From an uncultured virus (IMG/VR IMGVR_UViG_3300033821_000010) (lineage: Duplodnaviria > Heunggongvirae > Uroviricota > Caudoviricetes), in the IMG/VR virus record IMGVR_UViG_3300033821_000010: a DNA stretch of 64,000 nucleotides; one strand, written 5' to 3'. Below are positions 29,712 to 38,403 of this stretch, piece after piece. How positions within the stretch are numbered: the stretch's first letter is position 1; every line of letters begins with the position of its first letter. The notes below the pieces were generated by a model, which worked only from the letters and a program-made list of their open reading frames with translations, was not told the origin of the DNA and did no database searches. The position numbers and the translations under genes are program-made.

Positions 29712-30554
29712 TTAGAAAGGCTCAGAACCAGTTTCTATTCTTTGTAACTCTTTTGCTACTCTGTACTTGCTGAAACCTCTTTCCAATACTTCTAGTTGCT
29801 TTGGTGATAATTGCCCCCTGTGTTTATATTGCTGCCCAACAGACTCAGTGAATTTCATCAACCATTCATCATTTGCTTGTTTTGCTACTGCCCAAAGTTT
29901 CCTCATTTTTTCAATCAGCACCGTGTCCATTTCTTTAGGAGCAATAGGAGCAACTATAGAAGTTTGTTGTGGAATGACATTATTCACCACTTTTTCGTAA
30001 TGAGCAATCTGTCCTTCTTCTCTCTCAGTAAAAACACCATTTGCCAAGATTCGTTGATGTAAACGTACCAAATCAGGAATGCTTTCCCAATTCACGATTG
30101 CCTCTATTTTTGCTTGCATTTCCTTCTTGTATTTTTCCCTATCGGCAATTTTAGCAACAGCATCATAGAATGCTTGTGATTGCATATAAGCGTTTTCAAA
30201 AGCATGTAACCCCCGCCCTAACGAATCACGCCATCCCGTAGTACGCTTAAAATGGCTCTGACCTTGTGCCTTCTTGTTTAATGTCTGTTTGGTAATTAAA
30301 CTCACCATACGCATGTGCATGGCTGCATTACCTAAGCCCAATACTTGGTCTTCTCTGCCAATAGAAGAAGAAAGTTCTATAGCAACATTGTCTGACATGG
30401 AAAGAAGATATACACCGGCAGTGTTATCTTTCAGTTTCCACTTGCTTTTATACTTGGTGGTGTCAAGCCAATCCTCAAACTCTTTACGAGTTATCTGGAC
30501 ATACGTTGCTGCTGCTTTAACCAATCGTTCCACAATGTTAGCAAGCATTTTCAT
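29712..30554 (-). CDS. Hypothetical protein with leader-like N-terminus
   Basis: Start at 30554 after AGGAG gives MKMLANIVERLVKAA; C-terminal 'FTESVGQQYKHRGQLSPKQL'. Confidence 0.65.
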   Translation of the reverse strand: MKMLANIVERLVKAAATYVQITRKEFEDWLDTTKYKSKWKLKDNTAGVYLLSMSDNVAIELSSSIGREDQVLGLGNAAMHMRMVSLITKQTLNKKAQGQSHFKRTTGWRDSLGRGLHAFENAYMQSQAFYDAVAKIADREKYKKEMQAKIEAIVNWESIPDLVRLHQRILANGVFTEREEGQIAHYEKVVNNVIPQQTSIVAPIAPKEMDTVLIEKMRKLWAVAKQANDEWLMKFTESVGQQYKHRGQLSPKQLEVLERGFSKYRVAKELQRIETGSEPF

Positions 30555-30570
30555 TCTGCTCCTGTTGATA

Positions 30571-33500
30571 TTACTCATCTTCCTCAAGAATGTCATCAGA
30601 GTCATAACCAAAAATTTCATTTACGTCAGAAGGACCACCATTTTCTGACTCACGAATTGCTGAAATGAGATATCTTCCAAAATGTGATTCATCATAAACA
30701 CTTGCTGCCTTAAAACCTTCTCCAATATTTTCACCTGTTGTGTCATCAATTATTGGTATGCCAGCTTCTTCCACAAAAGGGCTAATGCCTTTAGTTAGTT
30801 TCCCCATATAGTTTATTTTTGGACAAAGAATCGTTACATTTTCAGCACCACGTGTCATAGCCACATAAGCCAATCTACGTTCTTCATCTAGCGCACCTTT
30901 GTTGCCTTCATCATAAGATTTTTGAGCACCATAATAAGGGAATGTTCCTTTTGCCATACTTATGAAAACTTCCTTCTTTTCCAAACCCTTCCATTGATGC
31001 ACTGTGTCTATTTGTACCGCTGGCTCTGGATTGTCTTCGCCTTTAGCACCCTTTTCGTTTGCCTTCTTCATTTTGCGAATATATGACAAGCACTTTACAG
31101 GGTCTTGTTGGTTCTCTGCCATTCTGATAAGCGGTCTTAATGGCACCAAAGCCTTTCTCTTGATTTCTTCAGGGTCAGGTTTGTTACCTTCTTCGTCCAC
31201 ATCGTCAATATCCACGCTATCAACCAACATATCCATAAATGATATGAATTGTCCATCCACATCCTTTTTTGAACCTTTCATATCAATAATTTTTGTCATT
31301 ACGTCTTTAGAAGATATTTGTAGTGTCTTTGCATAACCAGTCAGTTCATCTATAGCGTCAAGGTATGCTTTAATGTTATTGGCTCTAAACCCTTGATTTG
31401 GATATGCAGCATTTGCCACGTCATTGAAATTCTTTTTCAAGTGGTCATAATAGTTCATGCCTTTTGGACATGTGCGTTCTACAGCACTAATGAATTCCTT
31501 GCCCAACCAAAATCCCGGTATTTCGTGAGCACTGAGAACGGCGTCATTGATTTCCTCATCAGCAATATCTCTTGAGCCAATAGAAGCTAATGTCATCCAT
31601 GAAGTCATGCCTTTTACTTTTTTATTGGCAAAGTAATTACTCTGTGACCTGTATGGAATCTCGCGGGCTATTAGAGCAGTCTGGAAAGCATCACGTTCTG
31701 CGTTATTTCTTACCAAAACTCCATAATCGTTTGGTGAAACTACTTTGGTGATGTCCACACTACTTTGTCCTGCCTTCGCTTCATCTAATGCTGCTTTGAT
31801 TTTATCAGCCGTCATTTCAGCACCAGATTCATGGTCTGATACCACCCGCGCTTCAATCTTTCCCGCTTGCTCTTTTCCAGGCTTTGATTTAGTAGGGAAG
31901 CGCAATGGGTCTGGCGCATTGTTGTTAATGAGCCGATTTGCCGCATCAAGAATTTTACCACCACAACGATAACTGGTGGAAATAGGCATGACTTTGTAAC
32001 CTTGGCCAGCAAGACCAGAGAATTTTTCCGGTTTAGCTCCACGCCAAGAATAAATGGCTTGATTCGGGTCACCAATATAAGTTACATCATCTGCCTTCTC
32101 GCCCAAAATATTAAACATCTCGTGTTGTACTGCATTCAAATCTTGCGCTTCGTCAATAAGAATAGCCTTGTATCTGGATTGTTCTGCATTCCTTGCTGTT
32201 GAATTTGTTTTCAGAATATCAACAGCTTTATTCAACCAATCGTTGTAATCATATACCGGGCCTTCTGGATTGTGCTTTTTCAGCCAATCATAAGCACCAT
32301 ACGCAATGGCCGCAATGTATTCCATCGTGCCTTCTGAAGATGCCGTTACAAATTCTGTTTTGGCTTGTTCGGCACTCATTCCTCGATTGGCAATATTATC
32401 CATCGCGGTCTTAATCATTCTTGTACCAACAATCTTATTTCCTGCTTCATCTTTCAATTTGATGCCCATATTAAACCATTCATTAACCGGCTGTTTGTAC
32501 CACTGATTGATATTGCTGCCACCTTGTTGCTGATACTGTTTCTTAGGATAACCACCTCCATAACCACCTTTATTTTTGTAGCCATATCCCCATGCCGCAT
32601 AAGTGCTCTTTTTCATCTGTATCTGTGCAATAGCAATATCAGAAAGTTTAGAAATCAGGTATTTATCCGTCCTTTTTTTTGCATCTTTTTCAGCCGGTGT
32701 TCCATGTGCCGTGATAATATCGCCAGCCACATGATGTGTCGTGCCTATCTCTGCACCATGAAGACCAAATTTTTCTGCACGAGCTTTCATCTCTAGAGTA
32801 GCTTTTTGAGTAAATGTAGTAGCTAAAATCTGTTCTGGCCTAATACCTTTATCTTTTGTCAGATAAGAAAGTTTGGCAATTACGACGCGCGTTTTCCCGC
32901 TTCCCGCTGCGGCAGCAATCACTGACCTTCCACGCGCCAACATAGCAGCACTTTGTTGGTCATCTAATCCAAAATCTTCAGCCGTTTTATTGATAGGCTC
33001 TTTGGCAAGATTTGTTACCACGCTCGTTAGAACAGCTTGTGGAGCTTTTGAACTTGCTGCCACTTCCTCTACTTGCTGTAATAATGCTTTTTTCTCTTCT
33101 TTTAATTCAACACCTTCGGGCGTCATCGGGTCTGTCACTGGTATTCGTGTCTGTACTTCTTTAATCTTATCACCAATAGCTTGACCCGTTTCAGCATCAG
33201 CCAAAACGCTCTCGGTTGTGCTGATAGGCACTTCAGCCAATTCCGCCGCCGTTTCTATCCACTTGCGAGATATGTTCATGCCAGAAACACTAGGAATGGA
33301 TGCTGCTTGATTCAGTCTGGCTTGTGGTGAGTCTTCCAACACCATAAGCATAAGTTTCTGTGCCACTCGTAAAGACCGTGATACAAAGATTTCCTTCGCC
33401 TTGTCAGTGTGTGATTTCATCCAACGGAACATTTCAACACATAAGTCAGCACTATTAGTTACTTTGTCTTCAACAGAGCCACGTAACGCTCTCATATAAT

Positions 33501-33753
33501 AGGGTCTAAGTCTTGGTGCGTGTTCCAAAAGAGGTTCTACAAATTGTGTCAGAGATGCTTCAAAACCGCCCATATAACGCCGGTAAAGCAAAATGCCTTT
33601 ATGTAGATGTACATCTGAAGTAGTAGGTTTGCCAACAGTTTGCAGATATTTCATATAAGCGTCACAAGCTACGCATAATACAGCCATGTCTGCTAATCTG
33701 TCGGGGTCCGCTTCGATTGCTGGATTTCTACCGGCAACAATAATTTCACTCAT
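30571..33753 (-). CDS. uvrD: UvrD/PcrA/Rep-family SF1 helicase with N-terminal extension
   Basis: AAAGSGKT, ATTFTQKA, LIDEAQD, GDPNQAIYSWRGA, SYRC, LVRNN, TVHQWKGLE, EERRLAYVAMTRG. Confidence 0.92.
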   Translation of the reverse strand: MSEIIVAGRNPAIEADPDRLADMAVLCVACDAYMKYLQTVGKPTTSDVHLHKGILLYRRYMGGFEASLTQFVEPLLEHAPRLRPYYMRALRGSVEDKVTNSADLCVEMFRWMKSHTDKAKEIFVSRSLRVAQKLMLMVLEDSPQARLNQAASIPSVSGMNISRKWIETAAELAEVPISTTESVLADAETGQAIGDKIKEVQTRIPVTDPMTPEGVELKEEKKALLQQVEEVAASSKAPQAVLTSVVTNLAKEPINKTAEDFGLDDQQSAAMLARGRSVIAAAAGSGKTRVVIAKLSYLTKDKGIRPEQILATTFTQKATLEMKARAEKFGLHGAEIGTTHHVAGDIITAHGTPAEKDAKKRTDKYLISKLSDIAIAQIQMKKSTYAAWGYGYKNKGGYGGGYPKKQYQQQGGSNINQWYKQPVNEWFNMGIKLKDEAGNKIVGTRMIKTAMDNIANRGMSAEQAKTEFVTASSEGTMEYIAAIAYGAYDWLKKHNPEGPVYDYNDWLNKAVDILKTNSTARNAEQSRYKAILIDEAQDLNAVQHEMFNILGEKADDVTYIGDPNQAIYSWRGAKPEKFSGLAGQGYKVMPISTSYRCGGKILDAANRLINNNAPDPLRFPTKSKPGKEQAGKIEARVVSDHESGAEMTADKIKAALDEAKAGQSSVDITKVVSPNDYGVLVRNNAERDAFQTALIAREIPYRSQSNYFANKKVKGMTSWMTLASIGSRDIADEEINDAVLSAHEIPGFWLGKEFISAVERTCPKGMNYYDHLKKNFNDVANAAYPNQGFRANNIKAYLDAIDELTGYAKTLQISSKDVMTKIIDMKGSKKDVDGQFISFMDMLVDSVDIDDVDEEGNKPDPEEIKRKALVPLRPLIRMAENQQDPVKCLSYIRKMKKANEKGAKGEDNPEPAVQIDTVHQWKGLEKKEVFISMAKGTFPYYGAQKSYDEGNKGALDEERRLAYVAMTRGAENVTILCPKINYMGKLTKGISPFVEEAGIPIIDDTTGENIGEGFKAASVYDESHFGRYLISAIRESENGGPSDVNEIFGYDSDDILEEDE

Positions 33754-33823
33754 TTGATAATTCTCCCTTTCGGAACTATCTACTATTCCACCATTCTCTG
33801 TAAGTTAGTAATGTATAAAGAAA

Positions 33824-34288
33824 TTATAGTTTCCTGATGACGGCCTGATGATAGCCGCCCCTCAATATATTTTCCGGCTTGTCCTCTATGAAATCATCCA
33901 CTATTTTCTTCGTTTCTGGATAGTTGTCATTGTAGTAATCTTCAAGAATAATCACTCCGTCTCGTATCATTTTGGGATAGAAAAACTCAAGGCAAGTCTT
34001 ATAATTGTCTATGCTTGTGTTGACATGCACATACTTGAATTTATTTGCTTTGAAAATATCTGTTTGTAGAGGGGTTTGAAAGACTTGAACATTGGTTTTG
34101 GTGGTCTTAATTACGTCAGTCGCGTCAAATAAGTACCATCTGGACTCCATATCCTTCTCAAAAACACGAATGATTCTATCATCGGCATAGCTGCCAATTT
34201 CGACACAATCGCCTTCTAAACATCTGACAAAAGCAGCAAAATGAATGAGATTTCGGAGAGCTAATTGGTCTGTGAAGTTATCTTCCAT
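33824..34288 (-). CDS. TylF/MycF-like methyltransferase (short, divergent)
   Basis: EGDCVEIGS, LFDA, FKYVHV, LEFFYPKM..GVIILEDY, KKIVDDF pattern; SAM and Asp motifs look degenerate. Confidence 0.6.
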   Translation of the reverse strand: MEDNFTDQLALRNLIHFAAFVRCLEGDCVEIGSYADDRIIRVFEKDMESRWYLFDATDVIKTTKTNVQVFQTPLQTDIFKANKFKYVHVNTSIDNYKTCLEFFYPKMIRDGVIILEDYYNDNYPETKKIVDDFIEDKPENILRGGYHQAVIRKL

Positions 34289-34295
34289 AATATGA

Positions 34296-35006
34296 TTATA
34301 CAGTAGTACCTAGAGTCTTATCTGCGAAAGCCTTAGCTTCATCATAAGACCATATATAACGAGTCAGACTTGGGGAATCAATAGTGCCCAAATCACTATT
34401 GTCATGTTCTTCATCTTTATGCATCCCTATATGTTCATAGAAAGAGTTTGACCCTTCATCAGAACGTAGCTCTAATTTATCGCCCTTTTCCACATAGCTA
34501 CGAATTGCCTCTGCTATTAAACGTTTCCCAATGCCTTTTGTGCCAGCTTTTGTGCCAAGAGCATTGATTTTTACATAGGATTTTTCTTCGCTTTCATCCC
34601 AACGATTGCGACAACTAATCGCGCCTAAAAAAGCATCTCCCTCTTTTATTATCTTGCCTTTGTAGTCTTGGTCTTCATCACCATATTCATAAGTATTTTC
34701 AAAGATGTTTTTCAATGCTTCTTCTGCCATTGAACCGCGATTTCCTTTCCATCCTTCTCCTTCAAGTTGTTTGGCCAATCCTTTTGCTAGTTTGCCTTTC
34801 TGCCTTTTATCAATCTCAATAGTCTTGTGCTGCGCTGGTAAACTTTTTTGTGGTGCTGACTTGGTTTTTACCACTCTATGATTTCTTTTGTCAGCGTCTG
34901 GATGTTCTTTCAAATACTTCTTCATGGCTTCATCAGTAGGAAAGTCTATAGCTATTAAACTCTCAGCCACCTTCAAAAGTTCTGAGGCTATAAATTTTCT
35001 ATTCAT
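34296..35006 (-). CDS. Leader + HPDADK module protein with C-terminal GNAT acetyltransferase
   Basis: MNRKFIASELLKVAESLIA-IDFPTDEAMKKYLKEHPDADKRNH; GNAT motif A 'INALGTKAGTKGIGKRLI' and 'NSFYEHIGM'. Confidence 0.75.
   Translation of the reverse strand: MNRKFIASELLKVAESLIAIDFPTDEAMKKYLKEHPDADKRNHRVVKTKSAPQKSLPAQHKTIEIDKRQKGKLAKGLAKQLEGEGWKGNRGSMAEEALKNIFENTYEYGDEDQDYKGKIIKEGDAFLGAISCRNRWDESEEKSYVKINALGTKAGTKGIGKRLIAEAIRSYVEKGDKLELRSDEGSNSFYEHIGMHKDEEHDNSDLGTIDSPSLTRYIWSYDEAKAFADKTLGTTV
34906..34973. repeat. 68-nt exact direct repeat, copy 1 (leader/module junction)
   Basis: Identical to 37987-38054. Confidence 0.9.
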
Positions 35007-35017
35007 CTTAAAAGTCC

Positions 35018-36223
35018 TTAATTATATTTAATTCCAGCTTTTTTAAGCATAGCCTCTAGTTCTGGTGTTCTGCTATTCTTGTTCGCAAACCTAACTTCTT
35101 CAATATCATTTAATGTTACACCGCCATGTATTTGTGCTTCAAAATAACTCTTGCTACCCTTGCCACTCATTCCTAAACTAGTTCCCTTACCTGATTCTAC
35201 GTCTTTTTGTGTTTTGGTTTCTGCCAATTGATATATAGGAATACATCTTGAATCAGCTTCGTCTAACTGTTGTGGCAGACAAGATATTGAAAGCAATCCT
35301 TTGGATGGATTTTTAGCATTTTTGAAAGCAGCCGTGTCTAACGAATCACCAAACGTACAAGTTGTTCGTCTTCTGAGACTGTCTTTCAATTTTATTACAA
35401 TACCACCATATTGGCCAGCTTCATCACCTTTCTTCTTTGATAGATAACCATATATAGGACGTTCTGCTGGTTTTTCATTATCAGGAGTGCTAAACAAATT
35501 TTTTTCTATTACTCTCCTGGCTTCTTGATTTTCTAAGGCACCAGAAGTATGGGTTTCAATTTGTGTCTTAAATCGTTGGTCTTTGAGAATTCCTAAAAGA
35601 CCCTTTGTTGTAGTCCTGTGATAGATAGAAGTAGAACTTACATACTTTTTTACGCTGGTATCCAATACTTCTTTATATTTAGCTGGCACCATTTTTTTAT
35701 GTTTTGCACCTATCTCTAAATAGTCTCCATATCTATCTGACAAAAACTTATCCCATTGTTTTGCTGGTTTAATACTTGTCTTAGTGGATTCTTGTTTGTG
35801 TGTCTGTTGTGGTTTAGTTTTTACTACTCTATGATTTCTCTTATCGGCATCAGGGTGTTCTCTGAGATACTTCTTCATCGCTTCATCAGTTGGAAATTCA
35901 ATGGCCAATAAGCTCTGAGCTACCTTCAAAAGTTCTGAGGCTATGAACTTATTTAAAATCTTGCCTTTCTTGGTATAGAATTCCACACCCAAATAATCAT
36001 CAGTCCTTCCACTCCACATTACATGATATTGCGGGAATTCTTCTTCTATTAAAGCAAAAACAAAATCATACGCATCATTCTCCAACAAACCTTCTGTGGC
36101 CTTTGTTTGTACCATAGAAGTACGGTCAATAGCAAGATAATCATGCCTAAGAAACGTTGACTTGATGCCATGCCGTCTCAAAAATTCATGACACGGTTTT
36201 AATGGTTCAATAGTTGGAGACAT
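35018..36223 (-). CDS. Protein with internal leader + HPDADK module and C-terminal DUF3626-like (ADP-ribosyltransferase-like) domain
   Basis: NKFIASELLKVAQSLLA-IEFPT...HPDADK at about aa 90-130; ERPIYGYL, QYG, RTTCTFGDS and YFEAQIHGGV.L.DIE match my recollection of DUF3626. Confidence 0.7.
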   Translation of the reverse strand: MSPTIEPLKPCHEFLRRHGIKSTFLRHDYLAIDRTSMVQTKATEGLLENDAYDFVFALIEEEFPQYHVMWSGRTDDYLGVEFYTKKGKILNKFIASELLKVAQSLLAIEFPTDEAMKKYLREHPDADKRNHRVVKTKPQQTHKQESTKTSIKPAKQWDKFLSDRYGDYLEIGAKHKKMVPAKYKEVLDTSVKKYVSSTSIYHRTTTKGLLGILKDQRFKTQIETHTSGALENQEARRVIEKNLFSTPDNEKPAERPIYGYLSKKKGDEAGQYGGIVIKLKDSLRRRTTCTFGDSLDTAAFKNAKNPSKGLLSISCLPQQLDEADSRCIPIYQLAETKTQKDVESGKGTSLGMSGKGSKSYFEAQIHGGVTLNDIEEVRFANKNSRTPELEAMLKKAGIKYN

Positions 36224-36227
36224 AAAA

Positions 36228-36716
36228 TTAGAAGTCCTGCTCTGGATTAAGCGGCGGTTGAAATCTAGGCAACATAGTCCGAAGACGAGATTTCATTTCC
36301 TGACCAAATATTCTTTCATTAAATCTAATCAATCTGAAAAGTGCTTTTTGAGCTTTTGTAAGATACTCTTGTGCAGCTTCTTGTAAATTTGGTTCGTTTC
36401 CTTGAAATTCTGATGATAACAACATTCCCGCCGATTTGTAGAGAGCCACTTCACGTACATTACCTGGAAAAACCGATATCGTAGTTCCATCAGCACGAGT
36501 TAAATTATAAGGTTTTATAGGTGTATAATATAAATCTGAAAGCTGCTCGTCAAGGTCACGGTCTACACGTTCACAATAGCCACAGACCATTTCTTGTGTT
36601 ATTTTAGACAACTTACCTTCTCCAATATTAATGCTTCGGCATATAGCCCTGATGGCTTCAGTCGCAGCCGGTCCAGCATAATAAGGCTGATTAGTTGTTG
36701 GTGAAATGTCTGGCAT
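36228..36716 (-). CDS. Putative head-tail connector/adaptor protein
   Basis: 162 aa helical; 'ERVDRDLDEQLSDLYYTP...PGNVREVALYKSA' resembles gp6/gp15-like adaptors. Confidence 0.5.
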   Translation of the reverse strand: MPDISPTTNQPYYAGPAATEAIRAICRSINIGEGKLSKITQEMVCGYCERVDRDLDEQLSDLYYTPIKPYNLTRADGTTISVFPGNVREVALYKSAGMLLSSEFQGNEPNLQEAAQEYLTKAQKALFRLIRFNERIFGQEMKSRLRTMLPRFQPPLNPEQDF

Positions 36717-36756
36717 AATATCATTCCCTCTTACCGTTTCTATAGTAGCTAATTAT

Positions 36757-36796
36757 AAAAAAAATATCCCTTGCTACTCCAAAAATGCAAGGGATA
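36757..36796 (-). terminator. Rho-independent terminator overlapping putative late promoter
   Basis: Stem TATCCCTTGC/GCAAGGGATA (36765-74 / 36787-96) followed by T8 on the minus strand. Confidence 0.75.
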
Positions 36797-36821
36797 CTAA
36801 TTGTTAAAATTGTCTTGACGT

Positions 36822-37271
36822 TTATCGGTCTTCTGGACGTGTGGTATGTCTGTCTAAAAAGTTCCACACCGAACCAGGAATTTCGTCCCTTACTGCTGTG
36901 TCAAGATTATCAAAGAGTTTAATAGCACCTTTATAATCTTTCTTCTTCATAAGGTCTAAACCCTTCCTCAAATCCTTCACATCGTCTTCATACATCTTCC
37001 TGAATTCTTTTTCATCCTTATCATCATCTTCATACTTTCGGTCAACCCACTTCTTTTTATATTTCTGTACCGCCTTATCCATTTTATCTACGTGTTCATT
37101 ATGCTTTTCAGGAGTTGCTGTAGGAATAGGTTTTTTAAACCTATGATTCCTCTTGTCTGCCCCAGGATGCTCTTTCAAATACTTATCCAAAGCATCTTTA
37201 CTAGGAAATTCAATAGCTAACAAGTTCTGTGCTACTTTAAGAAGTTCCGACGCTACTAATTTTTTGTTCAT
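36822..37271 (-). CDS. Leader + HPGADK module protein, acidic/basic helical cargo
   Basis: MNKKLVASELLKVAQNLLA-IEFPSKDALDKYLKEHPGADKRNH. Confidence 0.75.
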   Translation of the reverse strand: MNKKLVASELLKVAQNLLAIEFPSKDALDKYLKEHPGADKRNHRFKKPIPTATPEKHNEHVDKMDKAVQKYKKKWVDRKYEDDDKDEKEFRKMYEDDVKDLRKGLDLMKKKDYKGAIKLFDNLDTAVRDEIPGSVWNFLDRHTTRPEDR

Positions 37272-37274
37272 GTT

Positions 37275-37655
37275 CTACCCTTTCTTTGTTTTAGTGTTTT
37301 CGTACACCACAAGTAATTGACCTAAATAAACAGCCGCTTCCTTTGGAGTAGGATTGTCTAATTCTAATTTCAACCCGGCGTTTAATACATCTCTATTGGA
37401 TAAACCGCTCACATCATATTCAACTTTGATAGCAGCACCTACATAATGGATAATATAAGCTATCACCTTTTTACTGCCTTTGGGACTTATCTCATATTTG
37501 TGTACTCTGGCGAATCTATCAAAATTAAATTTGAGATTTTTTGATGCTAATTGTTGTACTGTCACCACAAAATCTTGGAACTCTTGTTCGGATACTTCAG
37601 CAACCAGTGATTTTGCTAGTTTCAAAAGTTGTGAAGCTATCTTTTTGTTGTCCAT
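37275..37655 (-). CDS. Leader-family hypothetical protein
   Basis: MDNKKIASQLLKLAKSLVA; GGGAG RBS. Confidence 0.75.
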   Translation of the reverse strand: MDNKKIASQLLKLAKSLVAEVSEQEFQDFVVTVQQLASKNLKFNFDRFARVHKYEISPKGSKKVIAYIIHYVGAAIKVEYDVSGLSNRDVLNAGLKLELDNPTPKEAAVYLGQLLVVYENTKTKKG

Positions 37656-37667
37656 TTTTGTACTCCC

Positions 37668-38087
37668 TTATCTTCGTATCTCACCCAACCACCGCTTTCC
37701 TCCACTGCCCCAAGTCGTAAAACCAAGACTTCTAAGATAGTCTGTTTGGGCATTTGTGGAGTCTTCTGGTACTTCTATAATCGTTTGTACACCAGCTTTT
37801 TGAGCAGGTTGTTTGCCAAATATCGTTTCTTTCTCTTCAGTAGCCTTCCAATGATGTTCCTCTATCTTCACTCCCTTTGGCAATTTACTCTTGTCTATAA
37901 CACTAGGAGCTTGTTTATGCGCTTTAGCTGATTCTGTTTTCTCTGTCTTCACTACTCTATGATTGCTCTTGTCAGCATCCAGGTGCTCTTTCAAATACTT
38001 CTTCATGGCTTCATCAGTAGGAAAGTCTATAGCTATTAAACTCTCAGCCACCTTGATTAGTTCAGCCGCTACTTTTCTCTTATTCAT
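37668..38087 (-). CDS. Leader + HLDADK module protein
   Basis: MNKRKVAAELIKVAESLIA-IDFPTDEAMKKYLKEHLDADKSNH. Confidence 0.75.
   Translation of the reverse strand: MNKRKVAAELIKVAESLIAIDFPTDEAMKKYLKEHLDADKSNHRVVKTEKTESAKAHKQAPSVIDKSKLPKGVKIEEHHWKATEEKETIFGKQPAQKAGVQTIIEVPEDSTNAQTDYLRSLGFTTWGSGGKRWLGEIRR
37987..38054. repeat. 68-nt exact direct repeat, copy 2
   Basis: Identical to 34906-34973. Confidence 0.9.
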
Positions 38088-38091
38088 GATT

Positions 38092-38403
38092 TTAAGCATC
38101 TTTCATTCTGCGTGCTTGCCGTATCCCTATCACCTTATCTGTTAATCCGCTGAGTTGCTTCACTTCAATATCCGGTATCTTCGCTAATCTTCTAGCTATT
38201 AGTTCCGTTTCTTTATCACCGGCCTTATGCACCACTATCATGTCATATTTGCGAGCCTCATTTGAATGTTGCTCACCAAACTTACCACCTAAAACAAGAG
38301 CCTTTTTGCCAAAGACAGTCTTCACTTCTTGCCGTACAGCCGCAATCAGCTTCTCAGACCGTATCAAAGCCCCTATGTCAGATAACTCTTTCTTGATGTC
38401 CAT
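38092..38403 (-). CDS. Hypothetical protein
   Basis: 103 aa, AAGGGAAG RBS, promoter-like motif at 38434-38460. Confidence 0.6.
   Translation of the reverse strand: MDIKKELSDIGALIRSEKLIAAVRQEVKTVFGKKALVLGGKFGEQHSNEARKYDMIVVHKAGDKETELIARRLAKIPDIEVKQLSGLTDKVIGIRQARRMKDA

Noticed and set aside
30571..33753. Intein in the helicase
   Set aside because: The insert is short and low-complexity with no Cys/Ser start or His-Asn end.
34906..38054. Diversity-generating retroelement TR/VR pair
   Set aside because: The repeats are at gene 5' ends, the core is identical rather than adenine-mutated, and no reverse transcriptase is seen in the window.
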